NCBI GenBank assembly: GCA_031269875.1
Contig: JAISYM010000085.1
Location: 1,963-65,962 of the forward strand
Length of the DNA: 64,000 nt
Direction: 5' to 3'
Source of the DNA: Synergistaceae bacterium
GTDB lineage: Bacteria; Synergistota; Synergistia; Synergistales; Synergistaceae
In this document: piece by piece, positions 1 through 9,056 of the stretch
Numbering within the stretch: the first letter of the stretch is position 1
Layout: each line of letters opens with the position of its first letter
Made by a program: the position numbers and the translations under genes
Notes under the pieces: generated by a model
What the model saw: only the letters and a program-made list of their open reading frames with translations
The model's database searches: none
What the model was told of the DNA's origin: nothing

Positions 1-170
1 CATAAAGCGGTATGGAAAACTTACAGCACTCGATGAAGAAAAGTTAAAACACAAAGAACTGCTTGACAGGATAGCGAGGATGAAAATTTCCTGAAAAAAT
101 CACACATTATCTGTTATCAAAATCTCACACGGTGTTTTGGAACCGCCGCGGGACGTGTTAAAATAATCCA

Positions 171-1358
171 GTGGATGCTTCGATAGCCGGAGGGGTGCGT
201 TTGCAAAATTCGAAAGGCTCCGCCCTCATAAGCAGATTGAAGCAGAGCATCGCGCCTTTTATTGTGTTGCTGTGCTTTTTCGTGGTGCTGGCGGCCATGG
301 TGATATGGCCTCTCGCCTCGGCGCTCGCTTGGGCGGCCGTCTTGTCTTTTTTCACCTATCCGCTCTATCGCTTCATATATCACAAATTGATGCGAGGACA
401 CTTTTCGTACATCGCGTCCGGCATAAATACGTTTCTGATACTGTTTCTGCTGGTACTGCCCATGTTCGGCCTGATTGCGGCGGTGGTTCGGGAATTGGGG
501 TATTTTTACCAATTCTTCGTGGAATGGTTTCCCACAGTGAGAGGACGTCCGTTGAGCGCGGTTTTGCCGATACCACATCTCGACTGGCTTCTGTCGAAAT
601 ATCCGGACTTCTTCGAACTGCCCATGTGGAGCGACATGGCGGCGAACCTTCCGGGCATCATCACGTCATTCATGACCAAACTGTCGGGACAGATACTGGG
701 CAACGCGTTTCAGCTCGGTTTCAACCTGCTCGTCATAACGGTCGGCACGTTTTTTCTCACCCACGACGGAGAGAGTTTCGCCCGTTTCGCGAGGGAGATA
801 CTGCCCCTCTCGGAGACGGAGAAGGATGTATTCTTCTCGCGTGTCAAACAGATGCTCTACGCGATTTTTTACGGGATAATCATGACGGCCGGGATTCAGG
901 CGGCGCTTGGGGGGCTTGGGTGGTGGTTCGTAGGGTTGTCGAATCCGGTGCTTTTCGGCTCGCTGATGTTTTTCCTGGCCATGCTGCCGTTTGTGGGGAC
1001 TCCGATGGTCATGGTACCGGGAGCCGTTTATCTTTTCGCATCCGGCGACGTGAAAAACGCGGCGATTCTCCTCGCATGGAGCATTCTCGTCGTCAGCTCG
1101 ATCGACAATCTGCTGAGACCGCTTTTTATATATGAGGAGACGAACGCTCATATTCTCATGATATTCACGGGCCTCCTCGGAGGAATTTACACCTGGGGCT
1201 TCTTAGGCCTTTTCATGGGGCCGTTGATACTGTCGGTAGCTTACTTCATGCTTCGCCTGTACCACACCGCGACATTTACGCCGGAAGCGGGAATGCCTCC
1301 GGCGGATGAACCGGATAAACCGAACGGCGCGCCGGGCACAACGGCCCCTAAAACTTAA
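171..1358 (+). CDS. AI-2E family transporter (PerM/UPF0118-type permease)
   Basis: 395-aa ORF with many hydrophobic helices. The C-terminal half (GIQAALGGLGWWFVG, MLPFVGTPMVMVPG, SSIDNLLRPLFI) resembles the AI-2E/PF01594 family. Start is uncertain: GTG at 171, or TTG at 201 six nt after GGAGGG. Confidence 0.8.
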   Translation: MDASIAGGVRLQNSKGSALISRLKQSIAPFIVLLCFFVVLAAMVIWPLASALAWAAVLSFFTYPLYRFIYHKLMRGHFSYIASGINTFLILFLLVLPMFGLIAAVVRELGYFYQFFVEWFPTVRGRPLSAVLPIPHLDWLLSKYPDFFELPMWSDMAANLPGIITSFMTKLSGQILGNAFQLGFNLLVITVGTFFLTHDGESFARFAREILPLSETEKDVFFSRVKQMLYAIFYGIIMTAGIQAALGGLGWWFVGLSNPVLFGSLMFFLAMLPFVGTPMVMVPGAVYLFASGDVKNAAILLAWSILVVSSIDNLLRPLFIYEETNAHILMIFTGLLGGIYTWGFLGLFMGPLILSVAYFMLRLYHTATFTPEAGMPPADEPDKPNGAPGTTAPKT

Positions 1359-1984
1359 GGATTGTTCAGTTGGGCTACAATATTCAGAAAAACGCTCACA
1401 AGCTTGTCATGTCTCGCGTAAAGCTCGTCCCCCGGTTGAGCGGCGTTACGAAGCGCCTGTTCGTCGTCTATCAGTTTTCCCAATAGCCGTATCTCCTCTT
1501 TGTAGTCACGTCCCTTGGACTCTCCGGCCTGGCCCTGTTCCGCGATAGAGTGTTTGAGTTCCGACACCTGCCGCGAGAGCGAATCCCGTTCTTCCACCAG
1601 GCGTTTGAAACGGTCGCTCAGACGGGCGTATTGTTCCATCAATTCTTCGTGTTTTTGCTGCGGGACCATTTCGAAGGACACGCTCTGCGGCGCCGGCGCG
1701 GAAGATTCTATCTGCGGCGGATATACCTGCCCTTGTGCCTGTGCATGAGCCTGAGCGGTCGTCTGTATTTGCGCCTCAATCGGTATTTGCACCGGTTCTT
1801 CTCGAGGCTGCGCCGGGACCTGCAATATCTGTTCCGGCGCAGGCGGTTCCTGCGCTGTGTTGTTAATCGGCGTCTTTACAGCGGCCACCGCGGCCGCGAC
1901 TGAAGCCACCGCCGGACCGTGAGCCTTCGGCGGCGGGCTGGGCGGCTGGTAAGCGGTCAATTCCCTGAATTCTTGTTCGGTCAT
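1355..1984 (-). CDS. Hypothetical Pro/Gln/Ala-rich protein with C-terminal coiled coil
   Basis: Track ORF is 1355..2002. The ATG at 1984 (MTEQEF) lies 9 nt after GGGAGGG and just downstream of TTGACA-N16-GATAAT. The N-terminal half is low-complexity and the C-terminal half is heptad-like (ELMEQYARLSDRFKRLVEERDSLSRQVSELK). No family recognised. Confidence 0.55.
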   Translation of the reverse strand: MTEQEFRELTAYQPPSPPPKAHGPAVASVAAAVAAVKTPINNTAQEPPAPEQILQVPAQPREEPVQIPIEAQIQTTAQAHAQAQGQVYPPQIESSAPAPQSVSFEMVPQQKHEELMEQYARLSDRFKRLVEERDSLSRQVSELKHSIAEQGQAGESKGRDYKEEIRLLGKLIDDEQALRNAAQPGDELYARHDKLVSVFLNIVAQLNNP

Positions 1985-2017
1985 CCCTTGATGCCCTCCC
2001 ATGGTGAAATTAACATA

Positions 2018-2045
2018 ATTATCGCGCAGAGCGGCGAAATGTCAA
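2018..2045 (-). promoter_or_regulatory. Sigma70-type promoter for the coiled-coil protein gene
   Basis: On the minus strand: TTGACA, 16-nt spacer, GATAAT, about 30 nt upstream of the ATG at 1984. Confidence 0.5.
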
Positions 2046-2208
2046 ATGTTAAAATTTTAAGAGAAGATTCCCCTTGAGGGAAATTGGCTGAATTTATTAC
2101 TGAACCACAGGCATGAACCTTTATAGCTCCCGCTGGTTGGACTTTGCCTCTGAACAACCAGCGTGAGTAAGCGCTGATCAATTAATCAGCCTGAACTTTC
2201 CTTGGTTT

Positions 2209-2685
2209 TCAGTAATCCTTCCTCTCCGAGGCTTCCCTCATCAGATAGTTCGAATAGTCGTGCACTACCGGTTTGTAGGGTTCGGCGAAGAGGGGGGAGC
2301 TTATCACGAAGTCGGCGGTCGATTTGTTGCATGCGATTACGGTGTTGTAAACGGTGCAAAGGCGCACCAGTGCTTTGACGTCGACGTCGTGCGGCTGTGT
2401 TGTCATCGGATCCGTGAGGAAGACCAGTATATCGAGATTTCCCTCGGTTATGAGAGCTCCCATCTGCTGGTCGCCTCCCAGAGGACCCGATTTGAGGCAC
2501 GTCAGGCTGAGACTGAGTTTCGGGAATTCCCTCTCGAACATCTCAGCTATGAGCTTGCCGGTGGTGCCGGTGCAGATTATCCTGTGAGGGGCCAGTGTCA
2601 CCGCGTTGAAACGCACCCAGTCGAGCATGTCCTGTTTTCGCGCGTCGTGAGCCACCAACCCTATTTTCTTGATTTTTTCCATCAA
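2209..2685 (-). CDS. mgsA: Methylglyoxal synthase
   Basis: 158 aa. Motifs LVAHDARK, TGTTG, SGPLGGDQQ and PHDVDVKAL align with E. coli MgsA along the whole length. Confidence 0.9.
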   Translation of the reverse strand: MMEKIKKIGLVAHDARKQDMLDWVRFNAVTLAPHRIICTGTTGKLIAEMFEREFPKLSLSLTCLKSGPLGGDQQMGALITEGNLDILVFLTDPMTTQPHDVDVKALVRLCTVYNTVIACNKSTADFVISSPLFAEPYKPVVHDYSNYLMREASERKDY

Positions 2686-2726
2686 ACTTCACTTCCTGTC
2701 GTGTTTTGTTTCGTCCCGCGCAGGCG

Positions 2727-4133
2727 TCAGTCGGCCATGGCGGACAGTATTCTGTCATATATGCCGGTGTTCTCGTATTCTCCGGCGAAGGATTCGGATT
2801 TTATTCCGGCGGCCGACACGGGCACCTTTTTGCCGGTGTGTCCGAACGTCGACCAAGTGATACCGCAGTGCGCGTTCGAGGACGCCATGCAGGCGATCGT
2901 GAACGGGTCGTATGCGGAGTACAGTTTGTCGTAGTTCGCCGCGGCGGATTTTCTGCTTTTGGCGGCCATCGCGCTCAGCTTGAACGCGCGTTCGATATCC
3001 GGCGCGGCGGCTATCCATGGCCCGAAAAATTTTTTCGCGGTGTTCACGTAATCGGCCATTTTTTCGCCCTTTTTGGGGGAGACGCGCCGCTCGAAAACGG
3101 CGTACGAGCCTTGCTGCAGCGAGAGCGTATCGTAGACGGCGTTTTCCGCATGATCAAGGGAGGAGAGCGCCATACCCCCAGTCTCGTGGTCGCCCGTGAC
3201 CACTATCAGTGTCGACCCGGGCCTCGTCTCCATGAATTTGACCGCGCGTTCCACCGCTTCGTCGAACGCCATCGTCTCGCGCACCGTCGCGGCGGCGTCG
3301 TGAGCGTGACAGGCGAGATCTATTTTACCCCCTTCCACCATCATGAAAAAACCGTCACGGCCGTCGAGCGTCTCGATTCCGTAATCCACTAGATCGGCCA
3401 GGGACGGGCCGCTTCTTTCGTCGATGACCCACGGCATGTATCCGTTCGACGCCCTGGGGTGCACGGCTATCACTTTATCCGCTATGGGCGCGCCGAGATC
3501 GCGGGTCACCGCGTATCCCTTCGACGACGCTATCCCGTAAAGATCGGCGCTTTTTTTGTCGCGCCCTTTGGGGTTTCGGAAACCGCCCCCGCCGAAATAC
3601 TCGTATCCGCTGCCGGTCAGTTGAATCCCCAAGGAATAATGTTCGGTCCTTTTTCCGGCGTGCCCGTAGAAGGCAGCCGGAGTAGCGTCCTGAAAGAACG
3701 ACGACGTGACGATGCCCGTCTTCATGCCCTTTCGGTGAGCCATTTCGGCGATCGAGACGTAATTTTCGCCGGATTTGGGGTTCATCGCCACCACTCCGTT
3801 CCGCGCCTTGTGCCCCGTCGCGAGCGCGGTGCCCGCCGCGGCGGAGTCCGTGATGCCGGAGAGCGAATCAGTTTCGATGAATCCCTGCACCGGCAGCAAA
3901 TTCATCGCGAGCTGAGCCTCGCGGGGAGTGACGTCGCCGCGCGCCTCCCTCATGCCAGCCAGATACATTTCAGCGGCGTTTCTCTGCGCCGTCCCCATTC
4001 CGTCCCCTATGAAAAGAAATATATATTTCGCGGCGCCGTTCGCGGGCGCGGCTTCGAATCCGGCGAGCAAGACCACCGCAAGGAGAAGCGCCGCGAGGCG
4101 CGGCATGATTTTTTTTACCGAAATTTCTCGCAT
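2727..4133 (-). CDS. Alkaline phosphatase (PhoA family), exported
   Basis: Motifs GDGMG, nucleophile block TDSAAAGTALATGHK, GGKIDLACHAHD and VTGDHETGG. The ATG at 4133 (MREISVKK) is 8 nt after GGAAAGGA and is followed by a signal peptide (LAALLLAVVLLAGFEAAPANG). The track start at 4208 is rejected. Confidence 0.85.
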   Translation of the reverse strand: MREISVKKIMPRLAALLLAVVLLAGFEAAPANGAAKYIFLFIGDGMGTAQRNAAEMYLAGMREARGDVTPREAQLAMNLLPVQGFIETDSLSGITDSAAAGTALATGHKARNGVVAMNPKSGENYVSIAEMAHRKGMKTGIVTSSFFQDATPAAFYGHAGKRTEHYSLGIQLTGSGYEYFGGGGFRNPKGRDKKSADLYGIASSKGYAVTRDLGAPIADKVIAVHPRASNGYMPWVIDERSGPSLADLVDYGIETLDGRDGFFMMVEGGKIDLACHAHDAAATVRETMAFDEAVERAVKFMETRPGSTLIVVTGDHETGGMALSSLDHAENAVYDTLSLQQGSYAVFERRVSPKKGEKMADYVNTAKKFFGPWIAAAPDIERAFKLSAMAAKSRKSAAANYDKLYSAYDPFTIACMASSNAHCGITWSTFGHTGKKVPVSAAGIKSESFAGEYENTGIYDRILSAMAD

Positions 4134-4159
4134 AAAATAAATCCTTTCCGCATTTAAAA

Positions 4160-4187
4160 TTGACGAAACGCCCTTTGATGGTACAAT
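4160..4187 (+). promoter_or_regulatory. Sigma70-type promoter (extended -10) for the kinase-family gene
   Basis: TTGACG (4160..4165), 16-nt spacer ending in TGg, then TACAAT (4182..4187). Confidence 0.45.
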
Positions 4188-4280
4188 TAAAAGTGCGTTT
4201 CCCGTCACGTGTTATTATATTCTATAATGTTCATTTGGACATGCGTCAATTTAAACCGTCCAATCGGAGGGATGCGAGTT

Positions 4281-5939
4281 ATGGGGTTTACTGTGAATGT
4301 AATCGAGGGCGATAAAGTTCAGAAAATATATTCCGACACGCCGATAATGGGACACGAGGTACTGTCGTTCACGGATACCGACGCCAGGGGTCCGGGGCTC
4401 GTCATGGCGTGGCGGGTCAACAAAATTCTGCGCCCCATGAGCTGGGTCATCGACGACGAAGCCGACGTGGAATTCGTGGACACGTCGACATTCGAGGGGG
4501 CCGAAATCTACAGGAGCACGCTGACGTTCCTTCTGGCCCTCGCCTGCAAGAGGGCGCTCGACCGGGACGTGTCCGTGAAATATTCGATGAGCGACAGTTA
4601 TTACTGCGAATTTCAAAAGGGACCGGCCACCGAGGAGCAGATCGCGCGCGTGAGGGAAGAGATGGAGAAGATGGCGGCCTCCGCGCTCCCCATCCAGCTT
4701 GCCACGCTCCCCCTGGACAAAGCCCGCAGGATATTCGAGCGCCAGGGCAGCGGTGACAGGGCAAGGCTCATTCAATGCACGGGAGCCGACCCGGTCATGC
4801 TCTACAGGTGCGCCGGCATATACGGCTATTTCGGCGTCCCGCTGGCGTCGTCCACCAGCGTCATAAAAACGTTCGATCTCAACTTCTTCGCGCCGGGGTT
4901 TTTGCTGCGGTTTCCGTCGATAACGGCCCCTGACGCACTTCCCCCGCTTCAGGTCGTGCCGAAACTGATGGATGTGTTCCGCGAATACTCGAACTGGCTC
5001 GACGTATTGGGACTCTCCACCATGGACAGCCTCCACGAGCGCGTGGCGAGAGGAAAATCGCTCGAACTGATACTGATATCCGAGGCGTTTCACGGCGAGG
5101 CCTTAGCGCGCATCGCGAACAGCGTAATCGGACGTCCCGAGGTAAGGCTGCTCTGTCTTGCCGGGCCGTCCAGCTCGGGAAAGACCACCACTTCCAAGCG
5201 TCTCGCGATACAGCTCCAGGTGAGCGGCAAAAATCCGATAGCTATCGCGCTGGACGATTATTACGTCGACCGCGACAAAACGCCCCGCGGCGAAAACGGC
5301 GATTACGATTTCGAGACGCTGGAAGCCCTCGACCTGGAGCTGATAAACGAACAGATAAACGCCCTCCTGGCGGGCGAGGAAGTTCAGCTTCCGAGGTACG
5401 ATTTCGTCGCCGGCACCCGAAAACCCGGACGCAAACTGAGGCTCCACCTGAACGACATCCTGATCATTGAGGGCATTCACGGACTCAACGACAAACTCAC
5501 CGCGGATATCCCTAAGGAAGCCAAACGCAAAGTATTCATATCCCCCCTCACCGGGGTCAATCTCGACGCGCACAACAGGATAGGCACCACGGACACGCGG
5601 CTTTTGCGCAGACTGGTGCGCGACTACCGCACGAGGGGGCACGGCCCTGAACACACGCTTCTCATGTGGCCGTCGGTGGTGAAGGGTTCGCACAAACATA
5701 TCTTTCCTTACGAGGAGGGAGCCGACCTGCTTTTCAACTCATCGCTTGTCTACGAGATATCGGTGATGAAGGGATACGCGGAACCTCTGCTGCGCTCCGT
5801 GCCGGAGAACTCCCCCGCATACGGCGAAGCGTCGCGCCTTCTGTCCATGCTCAGTTTCGCGCCGGTCATACCGTCCGATAACGTGCCGAACCTATCCATA
5901 CTGCGCGAATTCATAGGAGGAGGCTGCTTTGAGGATTGA
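4281..5939 (+). CDS. Uridine kinase/phosphoribulokinase-family nucleoside kinase with long N-terminal extension
   Basis: Track ORF is 4209..5939. The ATG at 4281 is 9 nt after GGAGGG. The C-terminal half has P-loop GPSSSGKTT plus LDDYY and IIEGIHGLN motifs of the PRK/Udk family. The ~290-aa N-terminal region is of uncertain family. Confidence 0.65.
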   Translation: MGFTVNVIEGDKVQKIYSDTPIMGHEVLSFTDTDARGPGLVMAWRVNKILRPMSWVIDDEADVEFVDTSTFEGAEIYRSTLTFLLALACKRALDRDVSVKYSMSDSYYCEFQKGPATEEQIARVREEMEKMAASALPIQLATLPLDKARRIFERQGSGDRARLIQCTGADPVMLYRCAGIYGYFGVPLASSTSVIKTFDLNFFAPGFLLRFPSITAPDALPPLQVVPKLMDVFREYSNWLDVLGLSTMDSLHERVARGKSLELILISEAFHGEALARIANSVIGRPEVRLLCLAGPSSSGKTTTSKRLAIQLQVSGKNPIAIALDDYYVDRDKTPRGENGDYDFETLEALDLELINEQINALLAGEEVQLPRYDFVAGTRKPGRKLRLHLNDILIIEGIHGLNDKLTADIPKEAKRKVFISPLTGVNLDAHNRIGTTDTRLLRRLVRDYRTRGHGPEHTLLMWPSVVKGSHKHIFPYEEGADLLFNSSLVYEISVMKGYAEPLLRSVPENSPAYGEASRLLSMLSFAPVIPSDNVPNLSILREFIGGGCFED

Positions 5940-5957
5940 ACGCCGGGGTAGCGTAAC

Positions 5958-8900
5958 GTGCTGATCCTCCATTGCTGCCGCGGTGAAGGCTTCTTCCTCT
6001 GGGGGGAGCGCTCGTTCGCGGGCAGGAATTTCAGGGGCAGGCGCCGTCTTACGGGCGCGATACCGGATCATCCGTACGCTCCCGACGCCGAACGCATCCG
6101 CGAGGCTTTGTCCTCCGGTGGGTGCGAATACCCTTTCCCGGCCGGCGCCGCGAAAATAGAGCTGAAACTGCCCACCGTCGGCGGCAAATATCCGATCCCG
6201 TCGACCCCTCTCCTCGGCGAACTTCCCAAACGATACGCGCGGGCCGCAAACGGAGCGTCCGCGCAAGTCTGGATGGCGGAAGCGGTTCCCGCCGGCGCGG
6301 CGGTTTTGGCCGAGACGAGAGAATTTTTCACCTCGCGCGAGACCGTATCGCCCGACGGCAGGTTTCTGGCAAATGGGCTCATGGCCGCGCTCGATCTCTG
6401 TTACGTGATGGAATGCTGCTCTTTCGTCGTCTCGATGCTGGAGCGCGGAAGATTTTTGCCCGATATCAGGATGTCGGAGGATAAAAACAGGTACGAATCC
6501 ATCTGGACGCCGATGCTAGCCGGTGACGACGCCGCGAGGTACCGCAGGCTGCGCGGCGTGATGCCCGATATTCTGAGGACATCGCGCGGCGGGGACGCGC
6601 CGGCCGAAACGGTGCTGCGCGATATAATCTCCGATTTCCTCGACGGCCTCATCCGGGACGCATGGACGCAAAAGGGGAGCTGCGACGCGGACGCGTCGTC
6701 GCGCAAGGTGATGAAGGCGATAATGAAAAACGCCTCCTGTCCCGCCGAGTACGCCCGCGAGAGGAAACGCCGCGGAAAACTGGTGAACGCGCTGAACCCG
6801 CACGCGCTGTGGATTCGCTCTCTCGGCTGGATGGGTGAGACCGACGGCCTGAGCCAGTCACTCGCGTCCATATACCGCGAGGTGAAAGAATGGCGCGGCT
6901 GTTACGAGTGGATGGCGCACGTTCCCTTTCAACTGGCGGTGACGCTCTCGGGAAGCGGGAAAAACCCCGGCCATTGGCATCTGGAGTATTCGTCCGTATG
7001 CGAGACATCGGGCAGGACGCTCCCGGCGCGCGATGTCTGGAACGCGCCGAGTGACACTTCCGAAGCCGGTTATATGAGGCGCTACACACTTCTCATGCTC
7101 GGCCGGATCGGCGCGGTCTTTCCCCCCGTAGAAAGGAGCCTCGAATTGCCCGCTCCCGAGGGGTGCCCGCTGACGCTCGCCGAAACCGCGGATTTTTTGC
7201 AAAACCACGCCCCGGAGTTGACGGAAATGGGTGTGAAAGTAATTTACCCAGACTGGTGGAGCGAAAATTCGTCCGAGATGCTCGCGATCCTCGGTACGCG
7301 CGGCGAAGATTCATCGTTACGGTGGCGCCTCGCGTGGCGCGGAACCGTTTTGTCGGACAAAGAAAAACGCGCGGTGGTGGACGGCGATTGCCCATTGATT
7401 CGCTTGAGGGGGGAGTGGGCGTACATATCGCGCGAGCGCGTCTCGGAACTCATGCTCCGCCTCGGACGTTTACCGGAGGAAATTTCGACGGTCGATGCCA
7501 TACGTATCGCGATACAGGATCCCTTCATCGACGGGTTTTCGGACATGCCTGAACTCGAATCGATATACGCGGCTCTGCGGAGCGAGGTTCCGCCCGAGAT
7601 ACTCCCAGCGCCGAAAAACATGAGGGGAGAACTGCGCGCTTATCAGGAAGTCGGTTATTCGTGGCTCGCGTTTTTATCGGGGCTCGGCATCGGGGCGTGC
7701 CTCGCGGACGATATGGGATTGGGCAAGACGATTCAGACGCTGGCGCTCGTCGAGCGGTACCGCGGCATGGGCCGTCCGCGCCCCGTGCTTCTGATCTGTC
7801 CGACATCGGTCATCGAGACCTGGAGGATGGAGGCCGAGAAATTTTTCCCCTCACTGCCGCTTTACATACATCACGGACACGACAGACGGCGAGGCGAGGC
7901 ATTCGCCCGCGCGGCCGAATCGAGCGCCTTGGTGATGTCGAGTTACGCGCTGCTTCACCGCGACGCCGAATTATACAAAAATGTCGGCTGGCACGGTATC
8001 ATCCTCGACGAAGCACAGAACATCAAGAACCACGACACGAGGCAGTCGCGCGCCGCGAGAAGCCTGCGCGCCGACTGGAGAATAGCGCTCACCGGCACGC
8101 CCATCGAGAATCACGTCGGCGACCTGTGGTCGATCATGGAATTTCTCATGCCGGGCATGCTTGGCAGCAGAAGGCATTTCACCAACCGTTACGTCAAACC
8201 GATATCCGCCGCGCAAGATTCCGGCGCGATGGAAAAATTGAGGAACACGGTGCGGCCGTTTATAATGCGCAGGCTCAAGACCGATCCGGCGATAGCGCCG
8301 GATCTCCCCCGCAAGATAGAGACGGTGGAGTATTGCGGCCTTAAACGCGAGCAGATGAAACTGTACGCGGCCGTCGCCGGCGAATTCACGAGGGAACTCG
8401 ATAGCGTGTCCGGCATGAAGAGAAAGGGCCTGGTTCTGGCCGGTCTCACCAGAATGAAACAAATATGCGACCATCCCTCCCTGTTCGCGAAAGACGGGGA
8501 CTTGGACCCTGAGCGCTCGTCGAAACTGGAAAGGCTTATGTCTCTGGCGGAAGAGATGCACGAGGCCGGCGACGGGACGCTCATATTCACCCAATACGTC
8601 GAAATGGGGGAAATCCTCAAGTACCAGCTTCAGGAACGTTTCGGGCGCGAGGCTTTTTTCCTGCACGGCGGGGTGCCGAAGGCAGACAGGGACAAAATGG
8701 TGCGCGCCTTTCAGGAGAGCGAGGGGGCGAGATTCTTCGTCCTGTCGTTGCGGGCGGGCGGCGTTGGACTGAACCTCACCAGGGCGAACCAGGTCGTCAT
8801 GTACGACCGGTGGTGGAATCCGGCGGTCGAGACGCAGGCCATCGACAGAGCTTACAGGATCGGCCAGACATCCAACGTGCAGGTTCATATATTCTGCTGC

Positions 8901-9056
8901 AAGGGAACGCTCGAGGAACGCATAGGCGACATGATAGCGTCAAAAAAAACGCTGGCGGACAGCGTGATCCTGGAGCGCGGCAACTGGATCACCGAATTGT
9001 CCGACAGGGAACTCAAAAAACTCGTCGCGCTCTCACCAAGGATGGCGCGCTCATGA
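5958..9056 (+). CDS. SNF2-family DEAD/DEAH-box helicase with large N-terminal domain
   Basis: GTG start. Motifs LADDMGLGKT (I), ILDEAQNIKN (II), LTGTPIEN (III) and helicase-C block GGVGLNLTRANQVVMYDRWWNPAVETQAIDRAYRIGQ. The ~560-aa N-terminal region includes RLRGEWAYISRE, which is SNF2-associated-like. Confidence 0.85.
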   Translation: MLILHCCRGEGFFLWGERSFAGRNFRGRRRLTGAIPDHPYAPDAERIREALSSGGCEYPFPAGAAKIELKLPTVGGKYPIPSTPLLGELPKRYARAANGASAQVWMAEAVPAGAAVLAETREFFTSRETVSPDGRFLANGLMAALDLCYVMECCSFVVSMLERGRFLPDIRMSEDKNRYESIWTPMLAGDDAARYRRLRGVMPDILRTSRGGDAPAETVLRDIISDFLDGLIRDAWTQKGSCDADASSRKVMKAIMKNASCPAEYARERKRRGKLVNALNPHALWIRSLGWMGETDGLSQSLASIYREVKEWRGCYEWMAHVPFQLAVTLSGSGKNPGHWHLEYSSVCETSGRTLPARDVWNAPSDTSEAGYMRRYTLLMLGRIGAVFPPVERSLELPAPEGCPLTLAETADFLQNHAPELTEMGVKVIYPDWWSENSSEMLAILGTRGEDSSLRWRLAWRGTVLSDKEKRAVVDGDCPLIRLRGEWAYISRERVSELMLRLGRLPEEISTVDAIRIAIQDPFIDGFSDMPELESIYAALRSEVPPEILPAPKNMRGELRAYQEVGYSWLAFLSGLGIGACLADDMGLGKTIQTLALVERYRGMGRPRPVLLICPTSVIETWRMEAEKFFPSLPLYIHHGHDRRRGEAFARAAESSALVMSSYALLHRDAELYKNVGWHGIILDEAQNIKNHDTRQSRAARSLRADWRIALTGTPIENHVGDLWSIMEFLMPGMLGSRRHFTNRYVKPISAAQDSGAMEKLRNTVRPFIMRRLKTDPAIAPDLPRKIETVEYCGLKREQMKLYAAVAGEFTRELDSVSGMKRKGLVLAGLTRMKQICDHPSLFAKDGDLDPERSSKLERLMSLAEEMHEAGDGTLIFTQYVEMGEILKYQLQERFGREAFFLHGGVPKADRDKMVRAFQESEGARFFVLSLRAGGVGLNLTRANQVVMYDRWWNPAVETQAIDRAYRIGQTSNVQVHIFCCKGTLEERIGDMIASKKTLADSVILERGNWITELSDRELKKLVALSPRMARS

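Noticed and set aside
2-94. An apparent 3' end of a plus-strand gene at the window start (IKRYGKLTALDEEKLKHKELLDRIARMKIS-stop).
   Set aside because: In the mirror copy, which is joined to unique sequence, the same frame is closed by TAG at 62505..62507. No ATG, GTG or TTG lies before the last four codons, so it is intergenic sequence downstream of a terminator.
2046-2208. An AGAGGCAAAGTCCAACC stretch reminiscent of the universally conserved GGAAAGTCC of RNase P RNA.
   Set aside because: Only about 160 nt are available between the flanking gene and promoter, far short of an RNase P RNA. None of the other conserved regions are visible.
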